A program made the position numbers and the translations under genes. From Candidatus Hermodarchaeota archaeon (GTDB lineage Archaea > Asgardarchaeota > Hermodarchaeia > Hermodarchaeales > Hermodarchaeaceae), in contig JAEOUH010000022.1 in NCBI GenBank assembly GCA_016839365.1, positions 1 to 54,340 of the forward strand: DNA of 54,340 nucleotides, given 5' to 3'. The notes under the pieces are model-generated. The model was not told where the DNA came from, did no database searches, and saw nothing but the letters and a program-made list of their open reading frames with translations. Positions 9,493 through 19,363 of the stretch are shown here, piece after piece; the stretch's first letter is position 1; every line of letters begins with the position of its first letter.

Positions 9493-10317
9493 CTAACGTG
9501 CTTTGGTCGGATGATAGACGAGATAGAAGGAGGTCAGTAGGATGGTAGTTGCGACGACTAATGCCATGATAGCATTGAATAGAATCTCGATCATTGCAGA
9601 ATTGATGAGATAGACTTGGATATAGATGGCTGTATTCGGTAGTATCATTAGCAAGAGGAGGAAACTCAAGAGCAGTGGTAGGCGGCGCATTCGGAAATGT
9701 GGTTGTCGTTTCTGAGTTTCCACGTAGATGAGGAGAATACTACAGACGAGGACAAACCCAAGGGCAGAAAGCAGCAGAGGTAGCAGGGTGAAGATATCAA
9801 CTAGTCGGATGAAAGGAACAAGAACCCAGGCCATTTGATACCCACCAAATGATAGGCCAAAAATCGCTGTAAACTTGAGGAAAATCGGACCGATAGTATC
9901 AGAGTTTACTCCATGATCACCAGGAACGACTTCGCGTCTGATGAGGAGTGCCTCAACGATTATAATTACGCCCATTATCGAGAAGAAAATTGCACGGGAC
10001 CAAATTGTCCCAAAAATTGAGCTGCCGGTGCCAGAGAATGGTGGAATTAATATGAATATAACACCAATTATTAATGAAAGGAAGCCGACACCAAATAGAA
10101 ACGCCCAGCCTACATAATCGCGACCAGGTTTGTACACTTCATCAAAGATTAGAATTCCTGTGCCAATAATTATTGCCAAAAAGATTGCATAGAGCATAAA
10201 TTCAGGCGGAATAAGCCATCCGTAGAAGTATCGATACAGGCGATACCCAGCGTAGATGAAGAAGATGAGGGCGGTTAGTTGGAGTAGCCGTGAAAACAGA
10301 TTTGAATGCTTTGCCAA
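9493..10317 (-). CDS. Hypothetical integral membrane protein (about 8 TM)
   Basis: Long ORF with repeated hydrophobic segments; TTG start after GGTG. Confidence 0.75.
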   Translation of the reverse strand: MAKHSNLFSRLLQLTALIFFIYAGYRLYRYFYGWLIPPEFMLYAIFLAIIIGTGILIFDEVYKPGRDYVGWAFLFGVGFLSLIIGVIFILIPPFSGTGSSIFGTIWSRAIFFSIMGVIIIVEALLIRREVVPGDHGVNSDTIGPIFLKFTAIFGLSFGGYQMAWVLVPFIRLVDIFTLLPLLLSALGFVLVCSILLIYVETQKRQPHFRMRRLPLLLSFLLLLMILPNTAIYIQVYLINSAMIEILFNAIMALVVATTILLTSFYLVYHPTKAR

Positions 10318-10437
10318 TATATTACACCACGCAAGGGGAATATTTGTTAGGGCGTCCTTAGGCTAACTGTTTAGGACGAGACCGAGCCCTTCCATTACTT
10401 TCAGATATCTCATATTATAATCTTAGTGGCACACTCC

Positions 10438-12114
10438 TCACGAACCCATTTTTGGAACCCAATCCGCAAGAATCTCAAATTCGAAGGCAAGAGAGGGAGC
10501 CTCAATGCCAAAATTCGCTAACACGAGAGGATGGACTTCTCCAAGCACTCCAAGTTGTTGGGCCCCGATCTGAATGTTCGCAACACGGCCATTAATAAAC
10601 GAGGGATCCGACGCTTTTGTGACTTTTCCTTTCAATCCAAGGTTGCTGAGGAGAGTGAACAATTCGGCTTTCAAAGCCGTGATATCTACCCGTGAATTCA
10701 CGGTAACTGCGGCAAGATGCAGTACAGTGTCAGTGCAGGTTTCAGCATTTGGATTAATTGTCACAACAGGACCCACTTCAAAGATTCGATGTGGGAGTTC
10801 CTGAGCTGTATTCAGGCTTAAGAACTCAAGTAGCCCGGGTAAGAGACTATTCCTAGCGACGTGGTATTCCATTGATTTTGGATTGGCGATTTCAACCACA
10901 GTTTTTATCTTTTGATTCATTTTTTCAAACAGGGTACGCGTATTTGTGAGAACGTAGTTGGCTACTTCTTGGTAACCAAGCCCAACCATGAGATCCCGGA
11001 TGGTTCTTAACATCATGGTCATTGGAAGTTCTTGGCCCACTGTCATGGTTTTGGGGAGTTCTGGTTCGATTTGATTATACCCATAGCCAATCGCGACATC
11101 CTCGATGATGTCAACATCGTGAAGGATATCGACTCGGAACGAAGGGATTCCGACTTGAATCACTTTTTGAGTAGCCTTAGCGTCCATTCGCATTCGCTTG
11201 AGAGCTCGAGTCACTGCAGGAGCTCCAAAATCATAACCAATAGTTGCGTTAACTAAATCTAAGGAAACCTCTCGTTTAGTTAACGAGAGATTTGGCAATT
11301 GTTCCTGATGATCGGGGTATACGATATCTACAGCTTCAAGAGAGCCTCCTCTCTCAGCCAATGCGGTGATGACGATGTTAAGAGATTGCAGCGTAGTCTG
11401 TTTATGGGTGCCAGTAACCTCAACAAAGACATCCTTTGTGTTGACCAAAAGCCGCCCCAGATCATTACTGTTGATTATTGGTGGTAAACTCAAAACCTTA
11501 TCTTTGGCGTCCACAAGAAGGGGGTATCGTGGAAATGGTTTGATTATGTCTCCAAATTCCTGTCCCTTCGGGTGGTCTCGAAGTATCTGTTTGGCAGTCA
11601 GCTCTTCATGGAACTCTAATGGAACAAACTTGATGGCATCAGGTGGCGCAGTATGGTAATACACTGGAGGGGTAATAAGGTCCAAGACATATAATCCAAC
11701 GCTCGTGCGTTTTCGATTTCGACCAAAGGTTCCTGTCAATCGTTCCTGTAATTGCATGAATTCGGCAATGAGATTATCATCTAATGCTAAGCCCTTTACA
11801 ATTCCACAAGCTAGGTAGGGTCGCACCTTGGCAACGGACCGATCAACAATAGCCTGCCACTTTGACTGTTTTACGGGATATTTCGGTGCACCCGTTTCGA
11901 TTTCTAAGAATCCTCGTAATGCCCGTGCAATACCTTCAGTAGAGAGCATATCGACACGGTCTGGATTTACTTCAATGGTGGCCACTCCATCAGCTATCCG
12001 GTCGATTTCGCATTTAATTAGAAACAAGTTCTCTTCAAGTTCTTCCAATGAAAGATTTCGACCAATTAACTGTAAAAGATCCGAAATACGTACATCTACG
12101 TTCACAAGGTTCAC
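10438..12114 (-). CDS. pheT: Phenylalanyl-tRNA synthetase beta subunit (archaeal/eukaryotic type)
   Basis: NPDRVDMLSTEGIARAL, VLSLPPIINS, RVDILHDVDIIEDVAIGYGYN. Confidence 0.96.
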   Translation of the reverse strand: MNLVNVDVRISDLLQLIGRNLSLEELEENLFLIKCEIDRIADGVATIEVNPDRVDMLSTEGIARALRGFLEIETGAPKYPVKQSKWQAIVDRSVAKVRPYLACGIVKGLALDDNLIAEFMQLQERLTGTFGRNRKRTSVGLYVLDLITPPVYYHTAPPDAIKFVPLEFHEELTAKQILRDHPKGQEFGDIIKPFPRYPLLVDAKDKVLSLPPIINSNDLGRLLVNTKDVFVEVTGTHKQTTLQSLNIVITALAERGGSLEAVDIVYPDHQEQLPNLSLTKREVSLDLVNATIGYDFGAPAVTRALKRMRMDAKATQKVIQVGIPSFRVDILHDVDIIEDVAIGYGYNQIEPELPKTMTVGQELPMTMMLRTIRDLMVGLGYQEVANYVLTNTRTLFEKMNQKIKTVVEIANPKSMEYHVARNSLLPGLLEFLSLNTAQELPHRIFEVGPVVTINPNAETCTDTVLHLAAVTVNSRVDITALKAELFTLLSNLGLKGKVTKASDPSFINGRVANIQIGAQQLGVLGEVHPLVLANFGIEAPSLAFEFEILADWVPKMGS

Positions 12115-12118
12115 CTCA

Positions 12119-13660
12119 TCAAAATCTCAAAGATACGCTTCGTAACCAGCCAAGATCCCGTGTAACAAGTTCGCGAATATCATTAATGCCCAACGCTGCC
12201 ATTGCCAGTCGGTCAATGCCAATACCCCAGGCAAGGACAGGAAAATCAACACCAAGTGGCAGGGTGACTTCAGGTCGGAAAATTCCTCCCGGTAAGGCTT
12301 CCTTCCACCCTAGCCCTGGAATGTGTATGAACCCCTCAATGGATGGCTCTGTGAAAGGAAAGAATCCTGGTTTAAATTTGAGTTTCTTTATTCCCACGCT
12401 CTCGGCAATAGCGCGAAGGTACCCCATTAAATCTCGAAGTGTAAGTCCTTCACCTCCGATAATACCTTCACATTGAAGAAATTCAGCCGAATGCGTTGCA
12501 TCAAATTTCTCTGGACGGAAATTCCGGTCGATACTAAACATCCGCAATGGTGCTTGTGGGTGCTCTGTGAGGAATCGAACAGAAACCGCGGTGGTTTGAC
12601 TGCGCATGACGAGTTGGCGGGCAACATCAAAGCTATACTTGTACTGCCATCCTGTTGAACCAGTTTTCCATCCGTTTTCGTGGGTTTTCGCGACTTGTTC
12701 AGCGATGGTTCTGTTTAAGAGCGTCCCGGGGCCCTTTGGGATCTTTATCTGATACGAATCGTGAACCTCGCGAGCCACGTGGTCTTGTGGCATGAAGAGG
12801 GCATCATTGTTCCAAAACTCCAATTCAACCAGTGGTCCGGTGGCTTCTTGAAAACCTAACCCAACAAGGATTCGTCGAACACGATCGATGAATTCAACGT
12901 ATGGATGTTTCTTACCTGGATAAAGAGGAGGGGCGGGTGCCTGAAGATTGTAGGGAAGGAACTCACGGTTCTTCCATTGCATAGATTTCAAAATTCTAGG
13001 AGTCAAATCTTGAATCATATCTTTTTGTTGTCGTGATGCTTCCAGCGCCTTGATTCCCTTTGGAGTGATTGTTATAGTAACCTTCCTTCGGGATATTAGC
13101 TGGGCAAGTTGTCGTTTCTCAAAATACTGTTGGATACTTTTCCATGTCTTGGGATCAAAGTCAAGAGTGTCGAGAGATAATTCACCTGTTCTCCTGGCAG
13201 TATTCAATGCGAGCTGCAGTGGATGTTGGGATATTGCATTCACTGCAGTAGAAGAGAGCCGCAGCCAGGATTCTTCGCCACGCTTTGTAACGGAAATCCA
13301 TCCATTGCGGCGTGCCCATCCAATTGCCAGTTGGTGCTCAGTAGTATCCAGAATTTTGTTATCTTCCAGAGAGGACACGGAGGCTTCTCCACCCAGTTGT
13401 GCCAGTATTTCCACCAATCGAATTTCGGGAAGGCCTTTTTCAGCAAAACGCTGTCCTTCCAGAGTCAGTTGATATGATTGGATTGTCGAAGACTCATGGT
13501 CTTCAATGAGTTTCTGGTTGCGAAGACTTTCAACCAGGCTCTGAATGGTGTCTTCTTTTAATGATAGTGCAGTGGATATCTCTTCAAGGGATAAGGGGCG
13601 GCCCGTGGATTGCAGGTAGTCAAGGACCCGTTGAGCTTTTTCAGATAATCTGTACTTCAT
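12119..13660 (-). CDS. pheS: Phenylalanyl-tRNA synthetase alpha subunit
   Basis: FWNNDALFMPQDHVARE, DATHSAEF, FPFTEPS, AWGIGIDRLAM; N-terminal wHTH domains. Confidence 0.96.
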   Translation of the reverse strand: MKYRLSEKAQRVLDYLQSTGRPLSLEEISTALSLKEDTIQSLVESLRNQKLIEDHESSTIQSYQLTLEGQRFAEKGLPEIRLVEILAQLGGEASVSSLEDNKILDTTEHQLAIGWARRNGWISVTKRGEESWLRLSSTAVNAISQHPLQLALNTARRTGELSLDTLDFDPKTWKSIQQYFEKRQLAQLISRRKVTITITPKGIKALEASRQQKDMIQDLTPRILKSMQWKNREFLPYNLQAPAPPLYPGKKHPYVEFIDRVRRILVGLGFQEATGPLVELEFWNNDALFMPQDHVAREVHDSYQIKIPKGPGTLLNRTIAEQVAKTHENGWKTGSTGWQYKYSFDVARQLVMRSQTTAVSVRFLTEHPQAPLRMFSIDRNFRPEKFDATHSAEFLQCEGIIGGEGLTLRDLMGYLRAIAESVGIKKLKFKPGFFPFTEPSIEGFIHIPGLGWKEALPGGIFRPEVTLPLGVDFPVLAWGIGIDRLAMAALGINDIRELVTRDLGWLRSVSLRF

Positions 13661-13856
13661 TTGTCCTCCGTCCATTGATACTAATACTGAGCTTCAGGAG
13701 CTGATACAAAATAAAACTAGGGGAGCAGTAAGAACAATGCTTGTTCAAGATAATTGAAATTCCAAGGCATCAGCCCATCCTTGTTTTCAATGGAGCATCA
13801 TTACCTGATACAATATTTAAAGTGTCCGATTAAATCCGAGTGGATTTAAGTCGCAT

Positions 13857-15137
13857 TTAGGCGGGTAGGGCTTTCAGAATTTTCCCGTAAGGGATTTCGT
13901 AGCGATTTCCTCGTGCTCGATAAAAAACCGTGGGGTATGGGGCTTTTGTGAATGCCTTACGATGTTTAGTGTCCACCAGCAATATCATCTGTTTCAGACC
14001 GTTTTGTTTCAAAAAGGCTAATTGAGCGTGCTTCTTTTGGGTATATTCCTCTCGCCAGTATCCAATTATTTCGACAAGGACACGAAAGTCATTTTTAATG
14101 AGAGCAAAATCCGGAATAATCAAATGCGACCCGAATGTGAATGCTTCGGGTTCCCGGATGATATCCCAACCGCGGAATTTATTATTATGCCAGCTCCAGA
14201 AGAACTGCTTCTCTATCTTGGAATCCAGAAAGGCCTCTGAAGGCCGGGTCGAAGGGGACGGAAGAAGTGGAGGAAGCGATTCAGAGTCTAGCTCGACAAC
14301 ATACTTACGGTTTCGCAGAATCACATCTATGGAGAGGTTCTCCAATCGAATGTCGAGATTCGACGCATCTCGAAGAAGACCGCTGATTACTTGAGCGATA
14401 TTCCAACCAAAGGAGGAAGCCCGCCCAAAAAAGACACGGGGCCCAGCGATTGTTACACGAAGACCCGCATCAGCGGATTCGAGATCGACCAAGACGCCAT
14501 ATCGTTTAGTATATTTAAGCAATACCCGAGCTGTGGACCCAAGGCTTGTTCCACTAACAAGCAGTGTCACCGAATCAGAATTATAAAACAACGTTTCTAA
14601 AATTTCGTAGTTATAACCTTTGATCGCAGTTTCTGCCGTGGGCATTGAATTGCGGCGGTAAAGAAGCATCTCATCTTCACGATGGACCGTGAGTAACTGG
14701 TTGACGATTTCGAAGTCCAAGCGTAAAATCTGACCGGCTTTGTTGAGTGCTTCAGTGCGTTTCGATCGTGGAAAAAATCCACCATATGCATCTTGGATGT
14801 ATCGCCAAAACCATAGACGAAAATCTTCAAGAGAATCTATGCCTTGACGTCGGAGCTCAGTCAGTTGTGCATCATCGAGTAAATCGGTGAGAAGACGAGG
14901 CATAAATGAATAATTTCGGCTAAAAAGGGTAGCAAAGAGCGCTTTTACTACTCGATTGTCAGGTGCCCAAGTTAATGGAATATCCAAGTCAATTTCGCCT
15001 TTAGACTCACCGAGATGAGCTTCAAGATATTCGATTAAGCGTTGTGGGAGCGCTTGATCTTTAGGATGATTCAGGAAATAGGGAATGAGGTTTAGCCCTC
15101 GGATTTGGTATTTGAGGTATTGCAATCGCAGCACCAT
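13857..15137 (-). CDS. bax1: DUF790 family / Bax1 endonuclease (XPB partner)
   Basis: DSKIEKQF, WDIIREPE, IPDF, VEIIGYWREEY restriction-like nuclease motif; XPB nearby. Confidence 0.85.
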   Translation of the reverse strand: MVLRLQYLKYQIRGLNLIPYFLNHPKDQALPQRLIEYLEAHLGESKGEIDLDIPLTWAPDNRVVKALFATLFSRNYSFMPRLLTDLLDDAQLTELRRQGIDSLEDFRLWFWRYIQDAYGGFFPRSKRTEALNKAGQILRLDFEIVNQLLTVHREDEMLLYRRNSMPTAETAIKGYNYEILETLFYNSDSVTLLVSGTSLGSTARVLLKYTKRYGVLVDLESADAGLRVTIAGPRVFFGRASSFGWNIAQVISGLLRDASNLDIRLENLSIDVILRNRKYVVELDSESLPPLLPSPSTRPSEAFLDSKIEKQFFWSWHNNKFRGWDIIREPEAFTFGSHLIIPDFALIKNDFRVLVEIIGYWREEYTQKKHAQLAFLKQNGLKQMILLVDTKHRKAFTKAPYPTVFYRARGNRYEIPYGKILKALPA

Positions 15138-15160
15138 GAGTAGTTTCCCTATTCATAATG

Positions 15161-17095
15161 TTAGTAGATACCATCTTCGAGAAGTGTGCCCAACTCAAGG
15201 AGACGCAAACCTTGGCCCCCACGAATATAGATACGGCTACTACCAGTAGGATCAGAGTGGATTAACGCAAAGATTCGATATCGATCTTTGAGGCTCGGAG
15301 GAGGATCAGTTACGCGGAATTGCCCTTTCCCAAGCTTAACTTGTTCGCCTCCTTTGGCTTTTTCTTCTTGTAAGACTCCTTGAATGAGGAGCGCTATATT
15401 CCAGGTGAGTTTTCGACTCCGACAGATCAGGATGCTACCCTGTAGCAGTACAGTGTCTACACGGTCGATGACCGTCAACCAGTCCTGTAAATCCGGGTGT
15501 AGCTTGTCAGAGTTGAGGCTTTTTTCTGTGAAATATTCTGAAGGAGCTTCAGTGATTTCAACTAGTTCTTCTCTTAAAACCTCAACAGCAGTTGAATCTA
15601 AATTATGTTCCTGCAGCCAATTGAGCAGGTTCGTTGTAATTTGCTGAAATTCTTCATTCCTTTGGCAGCCTTCCGCATAATATACCAGAATCATTCGTTG
15701 AAGCACGGGATCAAGTAACTGATGCAAATCAAAATATTGAATAATGTGGATAACTTGATTGAGCAACTTCCAAGCTTCTTCAAAGCGTCTGAGTGCGAAG
15801 TAAATTGAAGATAAATCAAGGAGAAACCTGATCACTTCTTCTGGATCCGTAATCGAAGGAAATTCTGTCGATGTGATTTCTCCCCGAATAACTAGAAGTG
15901 CAAGATATAATGCCTGAGCAGTGGCTTGTTCGTTATTGAAGTCCCATTCTTGAACTTTCCGAGTGAAGATGGTAAAATACATTGTAGCGGATTCAAAATC
16001 CTCTAACAACAAGTTGATTGTGATACGGAGAATATGAGTCATCACCATTAACCGGCGATAGATGGATGTAGTGGGACGGACGTTCAGGAGAGTTCGGTTG
16101 CTCTCCTCAATGGCTTGTTTAGCTTTCTCTAAATCGCCACGTTCACCCAGATACAGATAACACAGCGCAGTCAGATAGTTGAGGAGAACCAGATCGGGTG
16201 TGATTTGTCGGATTAGCCGACGATGAGCCGTAGCTGAGAGTTCCCATGAAAGTAGAACAAGATGGTTATACAATTCCTCGCGTGCTTCGTCAATTTCGAT
16301 AACTGCATTACGATAGTTTTGTTCCTGGATTTTATTCACGTAGTTGGCATAATTGCGTCGTAGTTCTTGAAGGAAGTTCAAAAGACCTAAGGCTTCTTGG
16401 TCGGTCATCCCCACCAGGTCTTCTTCAGCAATGAGAGGCCCTCGCAGGGATCGGACCACATGAAAGGCTTGATTTTCGATAAGTTTGATGCGTGAGGTGG
16501 GATCATACACACTTTGTCGTGTGATACTGTATTTTATCTCGGTATGCAAAACGCGTTCACGAAGTTCTTCTAGAAATTCTGTATCCTGAGGATTGTCATA
16601 ACTACGTTCGAGAAGGTGCAACAGAAAGGCACTTCCCATCAAACCCTCTATTTCCGGTTCAAGGTTCCGAAGGGATTGGAGTAGTTGGAAGTCAGAACTG
16701 ATAAGTCGCTTTTCGTTCATTTTTTTCAGTAAAATAAGCAGTGACAGATCCGGTGCCTGGGGAACGCGCTCAACAACTTCTTTGGCTTTGTTAATGTAGG
16801 AGTCCAATTCCTTCTGAGTGATGTCAATCACTTCAACAACATTCAAAACATGTCGCCGGAGTGGTCCACGTAACTCTTTCATAACCTGAGGTGAAGAGAA
16901 GAGCTTAAACGAAACCCGTTCCGTAATCTCCTTGAAGCGATTCAGTGCTTGGGGTTTCTGAGCGAATGCAAGGATAAAGAAGTTCGCATCAACCGCCACT
17001 CGTGAATATGATTTCAACTTCTTTTCTTTGTTGGGAACAGTTTTTCGTTTTTTTGTTTTGCCTGTAGATGGGCGAGGCGACGGATTTTTTGGCAC
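15161..17095 (-). CDS. PIN-domain protein with long helical (TPR-like) region
   Basis: VAVDANF, VMKEL, PDLSLL and ISSDFQL supply the four PIN acidic residues; amphipathic helical repeats follow. Confidence 0.7.
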   Translation of the reverse strand: MPKNPSPRPSTGKTKKRKTVPNKEKKLKSYSRVAVDANFFILAFAQKPQALNRFKEITERVSFKLFSSPQVMKELRGPLRRHVLNVVEVIDITQKELDSYINKAKEVVERVPQAPDLSLLILLKKMNEKRLISSDFQLLQSLRNLEPEIEGLMGSAFLLHLLERSYDNPQDTEFLEELRERVLHTEIKYSITRQSVYDPTSRIKLIENQAFHVVRSLRGPLIAEEDLVGMTDQEALGLLNFLQELRRNYANYVNKIQEQNYRNAVIEIDEAREELYNHLVLLSWELSATAHRRLIRQITPDLVLLNYLTALCYLYLGERGDLEKAKQAIEESNRTLLNVRPTTSIYRRLMVMTHILRITINLLLEDFESATMYFTIFTRKVQEWDFNNEQATAQALYLALLVIRGEITSTEFPSITDPEEVIRFLLDLSSIYFALRRFEEAWKLLNQVIHIIQYFDLHQLLDPVLQRMILVYYAEGCQRNEEFQQITTNLLNWLQEHNLDSTAVEVLREELVEITEAPSEYFTEKSLNSDKLHPDLQDWLTVIDRVDTVLLQGSILICRSRKLTWNIALLIQGVLQEEKAKGGEQVKLGKGQFRVTDPPPSLKDRYRIFALIHSDPTGSSRIYIRGGQGLRLLELGTLLEDGIY

Positions 17096-17189
17096 GGTCA
17101 GAACTCCTTGAATTCTTGTATATTATACCATTTCCTACCTGAAAAGATAAATAGGCAGTTTTCTGTGTCTAGTTCACCAAATAAAAACG

Positions 17190-17543
17190 GTGTTGTTCAT
17201 GGCACGTCCTTCCCTTCTTGGCGGTATTATGATTGGTGCGGCAGCATGGCTCCAAGTGTTTGTCATTTTCTTTTTAACCCCTGTAACATGGCAGCTAGCC
17301 GTGATACCCGGTCTTTTCTTCCTTTCCGGATTGTTTCTGGCAGGAACAATGAGTGAGGAATCCCATTATGCAGAATTGGCAATTGGTGGGATTCTAATCG
17401 CAGTCGCCGTTGGATTTGTTGGATGGTTTTACCTAACCAGTTCGGGGACACTCTTAGTTCCAGCTCTTATTTCACTAGGTGCTGGCATTCTAATCTTAGT
17501 GGGTCTTGTCTTCATCATGGGTGGACAAAGCAAAGGTTACTAG
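17190..17543 (+). CDS. Small 4-TM membrane protein
   Basis: Four hydrophobic segments; fills the gap between flanking genes. Confidence 0.7.
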   Translation: MLFMARPSLLGGIMIGAAAWLQVFVIFFLTPVTWQLAVIPGLFFLSGLFLAGTMSEESHYAELAIGGILIAVAVGFVGWFYLTSSGTLLVPALISLGAGILILVGLVFIMGGQSKGY

Positions 17544-17562
17544 GAAGACGAGAAATGCCAGA

Positions 17563-19245
17563 TTAATCTGGTTCCTCCTCTTCAAACTGTCTTCGACGTG
17601 AGTGACCATCTTCTAAAGTTGCCTCAGTGACCAGTTCATATAGAATTGCCTGTTCTTTTTGCGGTCGCAGAAGCCGCCCCAAACGCTGAATGAATTCACG
17701 CTTGCTCCCAGTTCCAGAGATAATGATACCAACAGATGCGTCAGGAACATCTACCCCCTCATCTAGAACTTGGCCTGTTACAATTTTTGTCAATAAGCCT
17801 GATTTAAAATGCCGGAGAATTCTGTCCCGTTCTGGGACTTTAGTTTTATGCGTAATTAGTGGGATCCCGAATAGGTCCGAAAGATGCTCGACGACCTTGG
17901 TATATCGAGAAAAAACAATGACCTTTTCATCAATATGCTGCTGGAGTAGTGCTTCCACATGATCGATTTTTTCAGAAGCTTCAAGAGCTACCCGTCGAGC
18001 CTTTTCTAGATTGGACAACGCTTCTCGCGCATCTGGATCAAACACAGTACGCTTTACAATAGTATCAAATTCCCAGCCAGGTTCAATATCATCGAGTATT
18101 CGTGTATAGTTGCGAAAGATACGCATGTGGGAGTCATAGCGGGCTTTCTCTTCGGGTTTCAGCGTAGTTTCGATTCGACGGATTTCATACGGGGCTAAGA
18201 AGCCTCTTTTTTCAAGCAGTTTAGGAGCGATTCGGTACACAGTCGGTCCTACGAGGCGATCAAGATCCTGATGCAGTTCATCAAATCGTTCTGGAGTGGC
18301 AGTTAAGCCTAATCTATGTGGTGCCAAAGAGAGTTCAGCTGATAACCGATAGGTCGGACTGGGAAGATGATGAACTTCATCGAATATAAGGAACCCAAAG
18401 ACAGTGACATGATGATTAGCTAATAGTGAGGCAGAATCGTAGGTTGCAACCGTAATGGGCTGTAGCTTTTTCGTCCCTCCACCTAGCACTCCAACCACAG
18501 GTACATGTAAAAGCACTTCAAGCGCTTCGCGCCATTGGCTCAACAGATCAAGGGTAGGAACGACGATTAGAGTGGTTTCAGCGAGCCGTCGGATTGCCTC
18601 CAAGGCAACAATGGTTTTGCCTCCCCCTGTTGGTAAGACCACAACACCTCGCTTCTTAGCCCCCTGCCACCGATGTAGTGCATCTTCCTGATATTCGCGA
18701 AGAACCATATCTAGCTGAAGTTGATTTGCATATTCACTAGGTAATTTAAAATTAAGAGAGAAATGTGTGATGACTGGGTACCGCTTTTTTTCTAAGAACT
18801 CCAAGATTGTGTAATAGTCCATTATACGTGCATGAAATTGTTTTTCCTTGGCATTATATGTGAGAATAGATTTGATTTCTTCTAGCTCTAAAAAACCAAT
18901 AGGTTTCAGAATCAAATCACTTTTCCGGAGCTTGAGTTCCGCAAATTTCCCCACACCTTTCTCTTTCAATATGGCTTTCTGAAAGCCAGGAGAAAGCTGA
19001 TAATCAACTGCAAAAAATAGTTGTCTGAGTGCGTTTAGCTCAAGCTGTGATGCTTTCGAAAATTTTAGTTTGAATTGCATAGGCTCTTGGGTATTATCAG
19101 GATTTATCCGTTCTGCAATCTGGGTGAACCGCTTTAGGGTTTCTTCGTCGGCTTCTAAGACTTCGAAATATGGTGAACTCTTTCGAATTATCCGTGATAT
19201 GACCGACAACCTCCTATCAGACAACCATTTGCGCGGTAGTTTCAT
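17563..19245 (-). CDS. xpb: XPB/Rad25-like SF2 DNA helicase
   Basis: LREYQEDAL, PTGGGKT, DEVHHL, LGLTATPER, LDEGVDVP, QRLGRLLRP. Confidence 0.9.
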   Translation of the reverse strand: MKLPRKWLSDRRLSVISRIIRKSSPYFEVLEADEETLKRFTQIAERINPDNTQEPMQFKLKFSKASQLELNALRQLFFAVDYQLSPGFQKAILKEKGVGKFAELKLRKSDLILKPIGFLELEEIKSILTYNAKEKQFHARIMDYYTILEFLEKKRYPVITHFSLNFKLPSEYANQLQLDMVLREYQEDALHRWQGAKKRGVVVLPTGGGKTIVALEAIRRLAETTLIVVPTLDLLSQWREALEVLLHVPVVGVLGGGTKKLQPITVATYDSASLLANHHVTVFGFLIFDEVHHLPSPTYRLSAELSLAPHRLGLTATPERFDELHQDLDRLVGPTVYRIAPKLLEKRGFLAPYEIRRIETTLKPEEKARYDSHMRIFRNYTRILDDIEPGWEFDTIVKRTVFDPDAREALSNLEKARRVALEASEKIDHVEALLQQHIDEKVIVFSRYTKVVEHLSDLFGIPLITHKTKVPERDRILRHFKSGLLTKIVTGQVLDEGVDVPDASVGIIISGTGSKREFIQRLGRLLRPQKEQAILYELVTEATLEDGHSRRRQFEEEEPD

Positions 19246-19363
19246 GCGTCTTTCTACTGAATAGGCTTAAAGTGAATCGGCAGGTATCAATGATTAGGAA
19301 AGAAAAGCGTTAAATGTCCTAGTTCCTAGCGAATCTTAGGCTTGATTTTGGGAGGCTAATCTC

